A stretch of DNA of 58,796 bases, taken from the NCBI GenBank assembly GCA_964436165.1, contig CAYTBY010000004.1, positions 1 to 58,796 on the forward strand, written 5' to 3'. The notes under the pieces are model-generated. The model had not been told where the DNA came from. It saw nothing but the letters and a program-made list of their open reading frames with translations, and did no database searches. Positions 30,374-39,883 of this stretch are shown piece by piece. How positions within the stretch are numbered: position 1 is the first letter of the stretch; each line of letters opens with the position of its first letter. The stretch comes from an uncultured Candidatus Saccharibacteria bacterium (GTDB lineage Bacteria; Patescibacteriota; Minisyncoccia; 2-02-FULL-40-12; GWA2-44-9). The position numbers and the translations under genes were made by a program.

Positions 30374-31471
30374 TCAATGTTTCTCGACTTTTATCTCCAT
30401 CTTGTAGTGTTCCCGAAAAAACCACCACCACAAAGGCAAAAGCCATAAGAAAACCAAAGCCCAGCTTCCGCCACTAAGCGGTAAGCCGAATAAACCTTCT
30501 CCCGTCTCCATGCCATGAGCATGGCCACCCTTGGAAGTTCCGATACGATTCCCTACCGTGTCTAAAAGTACCTCTTCCTGGGTTATTTGCTCGAGCACAG
30601 TGTGCTGACCAGAATTTACCCACCAATCATGCGTAAATAATCCTAAAACAAGTATAAACCCTGCCACAAATATCATCATCCACGCCGTAGCTTTTTCTAC
30701 TTTTTCACGATGAGCCGAAAGCCAACTCAAACCATTCACTCCGAGAATTCCTAAAAGGGCGAGAAGTAACAGGGGTAAGACGCGTGCAACTGCATGAACA
30801 AAGAATAAAGACCAGCCGTAGAAAATATTACCGGATCTGGCTATTTCTAAAAATATGAGAGGCGTGGCAGGATGAGGACAACCGATACCGATATTTCCAA
30901 GGAATAAACCAAGCAGAAGCGCCTTAACATAATCTTTTTTCTCCTGAATTATCTTCGGCGCCGCACCGGAATATGTCGGCATTTTTAATTTGATGAGTCC
31001 TAGTTCACCAAGAGCAAACAAATAAGCAATGATACCGGCTATAAAATACAGCCAATTTTTCATTCCTTCTGCCTGAACACCGAAAGAAGTTATAAAAGTT
31101 TTTCCTATAATAGCTGCCAGTACTCCATACATGCTCAATGTAATTGCTACGCCAGCCCCAAAAGCGATTGCCATTCCCAATCCTTTGATCGGTCCCTTTC
31201 CCATTGATAATGGCACTATTACGAAAGCTAAAGGAAAAGTGCACGGCAAAACTATCATTGTCAGACCCATTGCATAACTAAAAAGATACCAACCCATACC
31301 CTCCACCTGACCCGAAGAGCCAAAGAATGCCCAGACCAAACCCATACCTATGACGGCTGCCAATCCAAAAACTAAAGCTATGATCCAATGCCGGGCCTGG
31401 GAAGATACGACAACAGCATCTACTGCTTGAGATGACTGTATTGTTTCTTGTGTTTTAATTTCTTCTGGCAT
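30374..31471 (-). CDS. CcdA/DsbD transmembrane-domain protein
   Basis: LPCTFP and GCPHP cysteines in a polytopic protein. Confidence 0.8.
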   Translation of the reverse strand: MPEEIKTQETIQSSQAVDAVVVSSQARHWIIALVFGLAAVIGMGLVWAFFGSSGQVEGMGWYLFSYAMGLTMIVLPCTFPLAFVIVPLSMGKGPIKGLGMAIAFGAGVAITLSMYGVLAAIIGKTFITSFGVQAEGMKNWLYFIAGIIAYLFALGELGLIKLKMPTYSGAAPKIIQEKKDYVKALLLGLFLGNIGIGCPHPATPLIFLEIARSGNIFYGWSLFFVHAVARVLPLLLLALLGILGVNGLSWLSAHREKVEKATAWMMIFVAGFILVLGLFTHDWWVNSGQHTVLEQITQEEVLLDTVGNRIGTSKGGHAHGMETGEGLFGLPLSGGSWALVFLWLLPLWWWFFREHYKMEIKVEKH

Positions 31472-31571
31472 CTTTAATTTTCAATTTTTAATTTAAAATT
31501 TTCAATCAATTTTCAATGACTAATTTAAAAATTTAAAATTCAATAAAAATTAAAAATTCTAAATTAAAAAT

Positions 31572-32093
31572 TTACTGCTTTCCTATAAACTGATCAAATG
31601 TCTGGACTAGAGGCTCACCTTCTTTGACTGGCTCGTTCTCGGCTTTGTTGTGGGTTGTAGGTTGCAAGTTGCCCCGGTTGAAAGTTTCCTTAAATCCTCC
31701 GTTTAAAATTAAAAATAATGCCAACCCCCCGCCCAGCAAACCAATATCCCTGAAAGTTACAGCATCAATAGGAATTATGAAAAGAATAGCCACCATTTCT
31801 AAAGCTGTAAGTCCGGCCACCCATTTCGTATATTTCTTTGGCAAAAACCAGGCAAGAAGAATAGCTGCAAAAATAATTTCTATTACGCCTTGAACCATCA
31901 AAAAACCCTTCATTATTTCTGGTTTGGTCAGATCTGCCTGCATTGTTGCCGGAAACCACTTGAATACCGGCCTCAAAGCCCAAAACCATGCCGTCGGATG
32001 CCGAACAATATCAATTCCAGAATATAAATACATCACGCCCAAACCAGCGCGCAAAGCCCATTCGGGAGTAAGTTTTGATAAAAATTTATTCAT
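31572..32093 (-). CDS. DoxX-family membrane protein
   Basis: LRAGLGVMYLYSG, GVIE, RDIGLLG. Confidence 0.75.
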   Translation of the reverse strand: MNKFLSKLTPEWALRAGLGVMYLYSGIDIVRHPTAWFWALRPVFKWFPATMQADLTKPEIMKGFLMVQGVIEIIFAAILLAWFLPKKYTKWVAGLTALEMVAILFIIPIDAVTFRDIGLLGGGLALFLILNGGFKETFNRGNLQPTTHNKAENEPVKEGEPLVQTFDQFIGKQ

Positions 32094-32097
32094 TAAT

Positions 32098-32223
32098 TTA
32101 CCAAAACATCCAAGGTTTATTTAATTCTTTTTCGACCCAAAAAAATATCATTAAAAGGACGCCGATAACAACTCCTGATACGACAAGACCCGTTATTAAA
32201 TCGTTAATATCAATTTTTTTCAT
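32098..32223 (-). CDS. 41-aa single-TM protein (below the ORF-track cutoff)
   Basis: MKKIDINDLITGLVVSGVVIGVLLMIFFWVEKELNKPWMFW*; ATGA overlap with the thioredoxin stop, ends 4 nt before DoxX. Confidence 0.7.
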   Translation of the reverse strand: MKKIDINDLITGLVVSGVVIGVLLMIFFWVEKELNKPWMFW

Positions 32224-32489
32224 TCTTTTGATAATTCTTTTAATTTTTCGACAAATTCTTTTTGATTAACTCCGCCAGTGCTAAAAAGCTCGCCGTTCAA
32301 GATAATTCCCGGCGAGGCGAATATCATATATTTCTGGACCATTGCCTGGCCTTCCGGGGTTACAACGCTTAATTCTTTGAAGGTTACGTTCGGCCAGTCC
32401 TTCTCTATTGTATGCCAAAAGGCGCGAAAAGCCGCACAATGCTGACATCCCGGAGAAGATAGCTCTTCCAATACAATAGGTTTAGCCAT
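32220..32489 (-). CDS. Thioredoxin/glutaredoxin-family protein
   Basis: SPGCQHC, cis-Pro loop FASPG. Confidence 0.88.
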   Translation of the reverse strand: MAKPIVLEELSSPGCQHCAAFRAFWHTIEKDWPNVTFKELSVVTPEGQAMVQKYMIFASPGIILNGELFSTGGVNQKEFVEKLKELSKE

Positions 32490-32592
32490 TAGTTATATTA
32501 TAGCATTGCTCAACCAAATGACACTGTTGATTATTTTGCCCTTTTTGATATAATAAATGAACAAATTGATCCTTAACAAAAAGGTGGTTATT

Positions 32593-33723
32593 ATGGAAGA
32601 AAACGCTGAGATGACTAGAGAGAAACTTGAATATCTATTTAAACGCAAACACGAACGACCCGGTGATGTATTCATGCAACTACTAAAGCAAAACAGGCCC
32701 GTTGTTTGCGCAAGTGTTTACCATGCAATGGGTGCCAAAGAGGCCCGACTAGTTAAAGAAAAAAGGGCTGCCGTGGGCTTGCCATCTGAATATAACGCAA
32801 TCTATCTTGGTGGATATGCTGTCAGCGGTATGCTCTGGGGTTTGCCGGACAATGGCTTTCATGACCTTTCAATGATGACCTTGGTTGGTAAATTTGTCGT
32901 TTTACAGGCATACCCAATGCCCGTACTAATGGATGCCGAAACTGGTTTTGGTAATGGCACCACTCTCACACGAACAGTTCAAGAATATCATAATCTAGGA
33001 GTTGGTCTTGCTCACATGGAAGATCAGGTTTTTGAAGATCCCTATGATGGTGACGCAACGAGAAGTTGCGGAAACCAGGGCGGGAAGACAACTATATCAA
33101 TAAGGGCAATGGGGAAAAAGGTTAAGTCTTGGTTGGAAACCTCCGATATTATCGGAACATCGATGGGACTTATAGTACGAACTGATTCGCTGACGGCAGT
33201 TGGTGGTGGCATTAAAGAAGTTATCGAACGGGGTAAGCATTACTTGAGTGTTGAAGTAAACGGTCGCCGTCCGATAGGATTTTGGGTCGATGCGTTGATA
33301 AAACCAGAAGAAATTGAGCAACTAAAAACAGAAATGCGCCGATTTGATCCAAATGTTGTGCTGTGTATAAACAACTCACCCAACAAGGATTGGCCCGCCC
33401 ATTACCGCGAATATTACAAACGTGAACCTCCAACTTACGCTGAATTATATGATAATGGCAAGGGATTCAATATTATTCATCATACTATTATGGATATGCG
33501 TGCTCACTTGGAAGCATCCTGGATTACGTTCGAGGATCAGGCAGAAAACGGTAATAAAGCTCTTTATGACCTTCAAGACCGTCAGCGCGGCCGTCCTTAC
33601 GACAACGCACATATTATGACTGATACACACCTCTATCAAGAATATCAGAAGCATATTGGAGGTGAGTCGGCAAAGAAACGATTTGATCAATCAAAAGGTT
33701 TTGGCGGAAAAGAATTAATATAG
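32593..33723 (+). CDS. Isocitrate lyase/PEP mutase superfamily enzyme
   Basis: AIYLGG, DAETGFG, HMEDQ, SCGNQGGK, VRTD, NNSP. Confidence 0.85.
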   Translation: MEENAEMTREKLEYLFKRKHERPGDVFMQLLKQNRPVVCASVYHAMGAKEARLVKEKRAAVGLPSEYNAIYLGGYAVSGMLWGLPDNGFHDLSMMTLVGKFVVLQAYPMPVLMDAETGFGNGTTLTRTVQEYHNLGVGLAHMEDQVFEDPYDGDATRSCGNQGGKTTISIRAMGKKVKSWLETSDIIGTSMGLIVRTDSLTAVGGGIKEVIERGKHYLSVEVNGRRPIGFWVDALIKPEEIEQLKTEMRRFDPNVVLCINNSPNKDWPAHYREYYKREPPTYAELYDNGKGFNIIHHTIMDMRAHLEASWITFEDQAENGNKALYDLQDRQRGRPYDNAHIMTDTHLYQEYQKHIGGESAKKRFDQSKGFGGKELI

Positions 33724-33791
33724 ATAATTGTAGATTTTGTCTACAATCAGCCATTAACGGCTGATTTTTAATTTATGCTATAATTCTAAGA

Positions 33792-35048
33792 ATGGTTGAC
33801 TTAAAAAAATTATGGAAATCTCTCGGTCCAGGCTTAATAACCGGCGCTTCAGATGACGAACCGTCAGGAATTGCCACTTATTCCATTGCCGGCGCAAAGT
33901 TCGGCTTGGCCAGCTTATGGATGGCTCTTTTTACCTTGCCTTTGATGATAGCCATTCAGGAAATGAGCGCTCGGATCGGACGAGTTTCTAACCGGGGCTT
34001 GGCTGGAAATATGAAAATGTTTTATCCAAAGTGGGTTCTTTTTAGCATCGCTTCACTAATAGTCGTCGTTAATACCATAAACATCGGGGCCGATATGTCC
34101 GGTATGGCCCAATCAGTCGCTTTGATAATGCCTTTTCCGGAGAAGATCACGGCCATTATCATAACCATCGCCATACTTTTGATAACTATAATCCTGCCTT
34201 ATCAGAAAATATTCAATATTTTTAAATGGCTAGCCTTAAGCCTGTTCGTTTATGTATTTGCCGTATTCACGGTTCAAGAAAATTGGTCTGATATTTTATA
34301 CTCCCTTTTTGTACCCGAGATCCTATGGTCAAGGGATTTTTTCATAATGATGACTGCATTTTTCGGCACGACTATTGCGCCTTACCTTTTTTTCTGGCAA
34401 GCCAATCAGGAAGTTGAAGAAAAAATAATCCATCAGTGCAAACCGGGACGGGTCTGCCACTTGAAACCGGCTACTAACGACGAACTCAACAAACTAAAAA
34501 TAGATACCCGCATCGGAATGACATTTTCAAATCTGATAACTTTTTGCATCATTATTCTCACTTCTTCAACTTTATTCCGGGCCGGCCTTCACAATATTGA
34601 GACCCTCCAAGACGCGGCCGAGGCTCTTAAGCCTATCGCTGGAAAATATGCTTATATCCTATTTACGACCGGAATAATAAGTTCAGGATTTCTAGCTATT
34701 CCGATCCTAGCCGGCTCAGCCGCTTATGTCATTGCTGAAATATTCGGCTGGTCGGAAGGATTAAACAAAACCTTTACCAAGGCCAAAGAATTCTATGGAG
34801 TAATAATCGCTTCGACTCTAGTCGGACTAATAATTCCCTTGCTGGGCCTACATCCGGTCAAAGCTCTTTTTTATACCGCTATTCTATACGGTTTAATATC
34901 GCCATTTATAATTTCGATGATAATCCATATGGCCAACAACCCCAAAATCATGGGCCAGCACGTAAATTCCAGAAACATGAACTTAGCCGGCCGCCTTACC
35001 CTAGCCATAATGACCGCCACCGCCATAATATCATTAATCGTCCTATAA
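33792..35048 (+). CDS. NRAMP-family divalent metal transporter
   Basis: LGPGLITGASDDEPSGIATYS, GTTIAPY. Confidence 0.88.
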   Translation: MVDLKKLWKSLGPGLITGASDDEPSGIATYSIAGAKFGLASLWMALFTLPLMIAIQEMSARIGRVSNRGLAGNMKMFYPKWVLFSIASLIVVVNTINIGADMSGMAQSVALIMPFPEKITAIIITIAILLITIILPYQKIFNIFKWLALSLFVYVFAVFTVQENWSDILYSLFVPEILWSRDFFIMMTAFFGTTIAPYLFFWQANQEVEEKIIHQCKPGRVCHLKPATNDELNKLKIDTRIGMTFSNLITFCIIILTSSTLFRAGLHNIETLQDAAEALKPIAGKYAYILFTTGIISSGFLAIPILAGSAAYVIAEIFGWSEGLNKTFTKAKEFYGVIIASTLVGLIIPLLGLHPVKALFYTAILYGLISPFIISMIIHMANNPKIMGQHVNSRNMNLAGRLTLAIMTATAIISLIVL

Positions 35049-35177
35049 AAATTATTGACAAAGTTGTCAAAGGCAGCCTTTGTATTTCTCCAGAAGCCTT
35101 GCTTCTGGAAAGTATCAAGAATTAAAAAGCCGTCCAGTTATAATTGCTAGTTATGATATATCATAACTAACCGTGGA

Positions 35178-35639
35178 TTATTTATCATTATCTTTATCGT
35201 CTTGATTATCTTTATTAATTTCATCTAATAAATCTGAGAGCCAATAATAACTTTTATACCGCCTTCTAACCTCAGCAAAACCGCCAGTTGGATAATAATC
35301 CAAAAACTCAGACTTGCGTTTTGACTTTGGCCTAACAGATTTTTTGATCTTTTCAACTACTTTTTCGTAACCTTTGTGCCTGCCGCCAAGCCATTTTTGA
35401 ACTCTATACACGGTATCTAAGCCGACTCCCATTTCTCTTACTATTTGATCATGCGGCCATTTTTTTAATAATCCCTTGGCAATCAGAATTCTTCTGCCGA
35501 ACATGATCTGTTCGCTTTCGGTTAAAAGATCGCTAATGAGTTGTTTAACCTCATTTCTGGCTTTAGCATATTCCAAAGCAGTATAGAGGGCATCTAAATA
35601 TTTGTTTTTGTTTTTGAGTTCTTTTAATTTGACTTTCAT
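35178..35639 (-). CDS. TrpR-like (YerC/YecD) DNA-binding protein
   Basis: DLLTESE...RRILIA...I...GVGLDTVYRV HTH. Confidence 0.8.
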   Translation of the reverse strand: MKVKLKELKNKNKYLDALYTALEYAKARNEVKQLISDLLTESEQIMFGRRILIAKGLLKKWPHDQIVREMGVGLDTVYRVQKWLGGRHKGYEKVVEKIKKSVRPKSKRKSEFLDYYPTGGFAEVRRRYKSYYWLSDLLDEINKDNQDDKDNDK

Positions 35640-35910
35640 AAATAATAGCCACGCCTAGTTATGATATATCATAACTGGTGAGCTGATATAAGTCCTCGCC
35701 ATAAATTAAAACTAGGAGTGTAAAAACATCTCGAGTTATGATATATCATAACTGACGAACTAATACAAATCCGCATAACGTGTAAATTAAAAGAAATGAA
35801 TTACGAAGAAACGTGCCTTAGTTATGATATATCATAACTAAGGCACGGAAAGAAGGACGGTGGTTTTATATTATATTGGAAGAAATTGCTAAATAGTATA
35901 TAATTTCTGT

Positions 35911-36324
35911 ATGTCCGACGAAGAATTAAAACAATATATTGAAAAATCCCCTTCGAATTCCTCAGGGCAAGACCGCCAGGCCGGAAAAACCGACCCGCGC
36001 TACGCCGAAGGCTCCGGCGAGGCGAGCGACCAGATCCGGCAGGAGCTTTCGAACGTGATGAGGGATAGAAAAATACTAGTCAAAATAGTCAAGATTTTAA
36101 CTATAACTATTATAACCTTTGGTATCGGCTTTTTCTTATTAGTAATGACGACGAGGGGTGTAGTTATTTTTAAAACGAGTGCGGGTGGGACGAGCGTATT
36201 TAGGGTGTACAAATTAAAAATTGGTAAAATATCTGATAATGTATTTTGTTTAGGATATAAAACTAGTAACGCTACTTGTCTTGGTATTGGTATAGAAATG
36301 AGAAGCGAGGGTTGGGATACCTAA
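35911..36324 (+). CDS. Small membrane-anchored protein, copy 1
   Basis: TATAAT 6 nt upstream of ATG; one TM; paralogous to 37837. Confidence 0.8.
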   Translation: MSDEELKQYIEKSPSNSSGQDRQAGKTDPRYAEGSGEASDQIRQELSNVMRDRKILVKIVKILTITIITFGIGFFLLVMTTRGVVIFKTSAGGTSVFRVYKLKIGKISDNVFCLGYKTSNATCLGIGIEMRSEGWDT

Positions 36325-36612
36325 GGTAAAATATTAAAAGGGGTCGGGACTAAAGACTAGTTATGATATATCATAACTGGTGAGCTGATATAAGTCCTCG
36401 CCATAAATTAAAACTAGGAGTGTAAAAACATCTCGAGTTATGATATATCATAACTGACGAACTAATACAAATCCGCATAACGTGTAAATTAAAAGAAATG
36501 AATTACGAAGAAACGTGCCTTAGTTATGATATATCATAACTAAGGCACGGAAAGAAGGACGGTGGTTTTATATTATATTGGAAGAAATTGCTAAATAGTA
36601 TATAATTTCTGT

Positions 36613-37026
36613 ATGTCCGACGAAGAATTAAAACAATATATTGAAAAATCCCCTTCGAATTCCTCAGGGCAAGACCGCCAGGCCGGAAAAACCGACCCGC
36701 GCTACGCCGAAGGCTCCGGCGAGGCGAGCGACCAGATCCGGCAGGAGCTTTCGAACGTGATGAGGGATAGAAAAATACTAGTCAAAATAGTCAAGATTTT
36801 AACTATAACTATTATAACCTTTGGTATCGGCTTTTTCTTATTAGTAATGACGACGAGGGGTGTAGTTATTTTTAAAACGAGTGCGGGTGGGACGAGCGTA
36901 TTTAGGGTGTACAAATTAAAAATTGGTAAAATATCTGATAATGTATTTTGTTTAGGATATAAAACTAGTAACGCTACTTGTCTTGGTATTGGTATAGAAA
37001 TGAGAAGCGAGGGTTGGGATACCTAA
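36613..37026 (+). CDS. Small membrane-anchored protein, copy 2 (identical)
   Basis: Identical translation, offset 702. Confidence 0.75.
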   Translation: MSDEELKQYIEKSPSNSSGQDRQAGKTDPRYAEGSGEASDQIRQELSNVMRDRKILVKIVKILTITIITFGIGFFLLVMTTRGVVIFKTSAGGTSVFRVYKLKIGKISDNVFCLGYKTSNATCLGIGIEMRSEGWDT

Positions 37027-37120
37027 GGTAAAATATTAAAAGGGGTCGGGACTAAAGACTAGTTATGATATATCATAACTGCCTGGGACATAAAAGATAA
37101 TTTAAAGTCTAAATATCAAA

Positions 37121-37729
37121 ATGGAAAATGACAGTTTAAAAAAGTTTCGTTATATTCTTGTGGGTGTTGTTTTAATTTTAGTACTGGTAAAAGTACCTAT
37201 AGCTCCTTGCGTATCGCCAGAAGATTCATTTGGAATAGCGCCTTGGTGTACCATCTCTGAACATCTCAGAAATTTTTATTTGATAAAATTAAGAATCATA
37301 GAAAACTTAAATTTTGAAAAACAGATGGTAGGTCGGAATAATAAAACATTTAATTGGACAACCTATCGCAATGAAGAATATGGTTTTGAGATAAGCTATC
37401 CTATATCGGCAAAATTATTCGGTGATTTTAGCAAAGATGGATCCGTTAGTATATTTGAGCAAGAAATATCTGAAGGAACGGGACTTAACATAAAATATTC
37501 TACCAAAACTTCAGATCAGTTAGTTGATGAAATGAGTGAAAATTACGAAATAATTTCTAACAAAGAGGCGGTATTCAATGGACTAAACGCCAGAGAGATA
37601 ATACGTAAGTCAGAAGTGGGTGGCCCTTATAGGGTTATACTGATTTCAAGAAATAGTGGAGCTTTTGTTTTGACCCATTGGATAGGTCAATATGAAGATA
37701 CTCTTTCCACTTTTAAGTTTACAAAATAA
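37121..37729 (+). CDS. Membrane-anchored PsbP-like protein
   Basis: WTTYRNEEYGFEISYP ... LSTFKF, like 23436..24443. Confidence 0.8.
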   Translation: MENDSLKKFRYILVGVVLILVLVKVPIAPCVSPEDSFGIAPWCTISEHLRNFYLIKLRIIENLNFEKQMVGRNNKTFNWTTYRNEEYGFEISYPISAKLFGDFSKDGSVSIFEQEISEGTGLNIKYSTKTSDQLVDEMSENYEIISNKEAVFNGLNAREIIRKSEVGGPYRVILISRNSGAFVLTHWIGQYEDTLSTFKFTK

Positions 37730-37836
37730 GCATTGATCAAGACCTTAAAAGTTATACCAACCAAGATCATTCCATGGGTCAAGGACATTCAAGAATTACA
37801 GGTATAGTGCTATCGTATTGAGATAAAATTATATAA

Positions 37837-38103
37837 ATGAAGACCGTATTAAGAATTATTAAAGTTTTATTATTAACAGTGTTAATATTCTTTATGATAT
37901 TTTTTTTAATACTGGCTATGACAGGTGGCATTAGTATGGGTCAATCTACATATTTTAGGGCAGGTAAATTTTCTGGCATTAGGTTTAAGGAAACTGGACT
38001 TGAAAATATATTTTGTTTGGGTTTTAAATCTTATGATAATTTAGAAAATCCTTACTGTATTGGGGTCGGCTTAGTAGAAAGATATGCTGGTTTTGATATT
38101 TAA
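37837..38103 (+). CDS. Small membrane-anchored protein
   Basis: TM plus FCLGFK...CIGVG shared with 35911. Confidence 0.75.
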   Translation: MKTVLRIIKVLLLTVLIFFMIFFLILAMTGGISMGQSTYFRAGKFSGIRFKETGLENIFCLGFKSYDNLENPYCIGVGLVERYAGFDI

Positions 38104-38113
38104 TTTTTAAATT

Positions 38114-39583
38114 ATGCTCCTCTATAACACCCTAACCAAAGCTAAGGAAAAACTGATTCACCGTAATGACCACGTAAAATCGCCTAACGGCGATCACGAG
38201 GCAAGTAAGAAAATCCGGATGTTCGTCTGTGGGCCGACAGTTTATGATTATATTCACATCGGCAATGCCAGGACTTTTGTATTTTTTGATGTAGTTGCCA
38301 AATATTTAAAATATCAAGGCTACGAAGTCGATTATATCCAGAATATAACTGACATAGACGACAAGATAATAAAGCGGGCTCAAGAAGCCGAACGCGAGCC
38401 TCTTGATTGGGCAAAAGAATACACTGACAAATTCCTAGAAGACATGAAAGGGTTAGGGGTTGATTCGCCTAAGTACGCTCCCGCGACAGAGTATATTGAG
38501 CAAGTCGTGAAACAGATCAAAACATTAATAGATAAGGGCCGTGCTTATTTAATTGAGGGGGATGGTTGGTATTTTGACCTATCTACTTTCAAGGACTATG
38601 GGAAACTATCCGGCCGAACAACCCTTATGGCTGATGACGCTATAAGTCGTATAGATGAAAATGATAAAAAAAGGAACAAAGGCGATTTTGCTTTGTGGAA
38701 AATTTCGAAAGAAGGAGAGCCAGCTTGGGACTTTGAGACAGCAAAATATATTGGAATAATTGGGGCCGGCCCCGCCTTCGCTAAAGCTACGGCGGGCAGG
38801 CCGGGTTGGCACATCGAGGACACGGCTATTACCGAACATTTCTTCGGCCCGCAATATGATCTACACGGCGGAGGACAGGACCTATTGTTCCCCCATCATG
38901 AAGCCGAGATAACCCAGCAAGAATCGGCTTCCGGTAAAAAACCATTCGTCAAATACTGGATGCACGTCGCTTTCTTGGTCAACAAAGAACAAAAAATGTC
39001 CAAGTCTCTCGGTAATTTTGAAACGGTCAATGAACTATTAAAAAAATACCCGAAAGAAGTTTTGCGATTTTACTTATTGAGTGGATATTACCGTTCGCCT
39101 CTTGATTACAGCGACGACATGCTCAAGCAATCCCAAGCTGCCGTATCTCGAATATCAGAATTCATCCAAAAGCTTCACTTGGAAGCTAAGCTTCCAGGTG
39201 AAGTTAAGCTTCCAGGTGAAGTAATTAAATCAGCTAAAGAGAAATTTCTTGAAGCAATGGACAACGACTTTAATACTCCCGAAGCATTTGCGACCATATT
39301 TGATATGATAAGAGCAATTAATCCTTTCCTGGCCGAAAATAAGGTTAGTAAAAAACAAGCCGAAGAAATTTTGGGGTTATTAAAGGCAATTAATGACATA
39401 ATGGGTATCATCCCAACAGAACAACAAAAAATTCCCGCCGAAGTGCAGGAATTAATAGAAAAACGTGAAAAATTCCGCCACGAAAAAAACTATGAGGCAT
39501 CAGACGAAATAAGAACCCAAATACGAGATTTGGGCTATAATGTTGAGGATACAACATATGGGCCTCTGCCGATTAAGAACTAG
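38114..39583 (+). CDS. cysS: Cysteine--tRNA ligase
   Basis: CGPTVY, HIGN, DFALWK, RPGWHIE, KMSKS. Confidence 0.97.
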   Translation: MLLYNTLTKAKEKLIHRNDHVKSPNGDHEASKKIRMFVCGPTVYDYIHIGNARTFVFFDVVAKYLKYQGYEVDYIQNITDIDDKIIKRAQEAEREPLDWAKEYTDKFLEDMKGLGVDSPKYAPATEYIEQVVKQIKTLIDKGRAYLIEGDGWYFDLSTFKDYGKLSGRTTLMADDAISRIDENDKKRNKGDFALWKISKEGEPAWDFETAKYIGIIGAGPAFAKATAGRPGWHIEDTAITEHFFGPQYDLHGGGQDLLFPHHEAEITQQESASGKKPFVKYWMHVAFLVNKEQKMSKSLGNFETVNELLKKYPKEVLRFYLLSGYYRSPLDYSDDMLKQSQAAVSRISEFIQKLHLEAKLPGEVKLPGEVIKSAKEKFLEAMDNDFNTPEAFATIFDMIRAINPFLAENKVSKKQAEEILGLLKAINDIMGIIPTEQQKIPAEVQELIEKREKFRHEKNYEASDEIRTQIRDLGYNVEDTTYGPLPIKN

Positions 39584-39825
39584 CCTGATTTTTCTTTTTT
39601 CTCTTCTCGGAAAATAAGAAAAAATAGATAATACAACGCCGTCATTATTAAGTAAATACTCGCCATGAGTTTTATGTTTTCTGAACTAGCTAAAAAAAGT
39701 GCAAACGATCCAATGACAAAAACTGTAATAAAACCCAAGGTTACTCGCTTAATGCTACCATGACATAATACTGCCCAAGCTATTGATGATAGTGCCAAGA
39801 TTACAAACCACAAGCCGTTACTCAT
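39580..39825 (-). CDS. Small membrane protein
   Basis: 81 aa, 3 hydrophobic segments. Confidence 0.55.
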   Translation of the reverse strand: MSNGLWFVILALSSIAWAVLCHGSIKRVTLGFITVFVIGSFALFLASSENIKLMASIYLIMTALYYLFFLIFREEKKEKSG

Positions 39826-39883
39826 GAATATCTCACTTTTAAAAAACTAGGTGAGTATACTATAAAATAATCCGCAATAAATG

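Larger units (their letters stand above)
35655..37081. repeat. Exact 702-bp tandem duplication bounded by CTAGTTATGATATATCATAACTG
   Basis: Units 35655-36356 and 36357-37058; third boundary copy 37059-37081. Confidence 0.95.

Noticed and set aside
35658-35838. Regularly spaced palindromes as a CRISPR array
   Set aside because: Repeat is only ~20 bp, spacing is uneven (77, 86), copies are dispersed elsewhere and no cas genes are present
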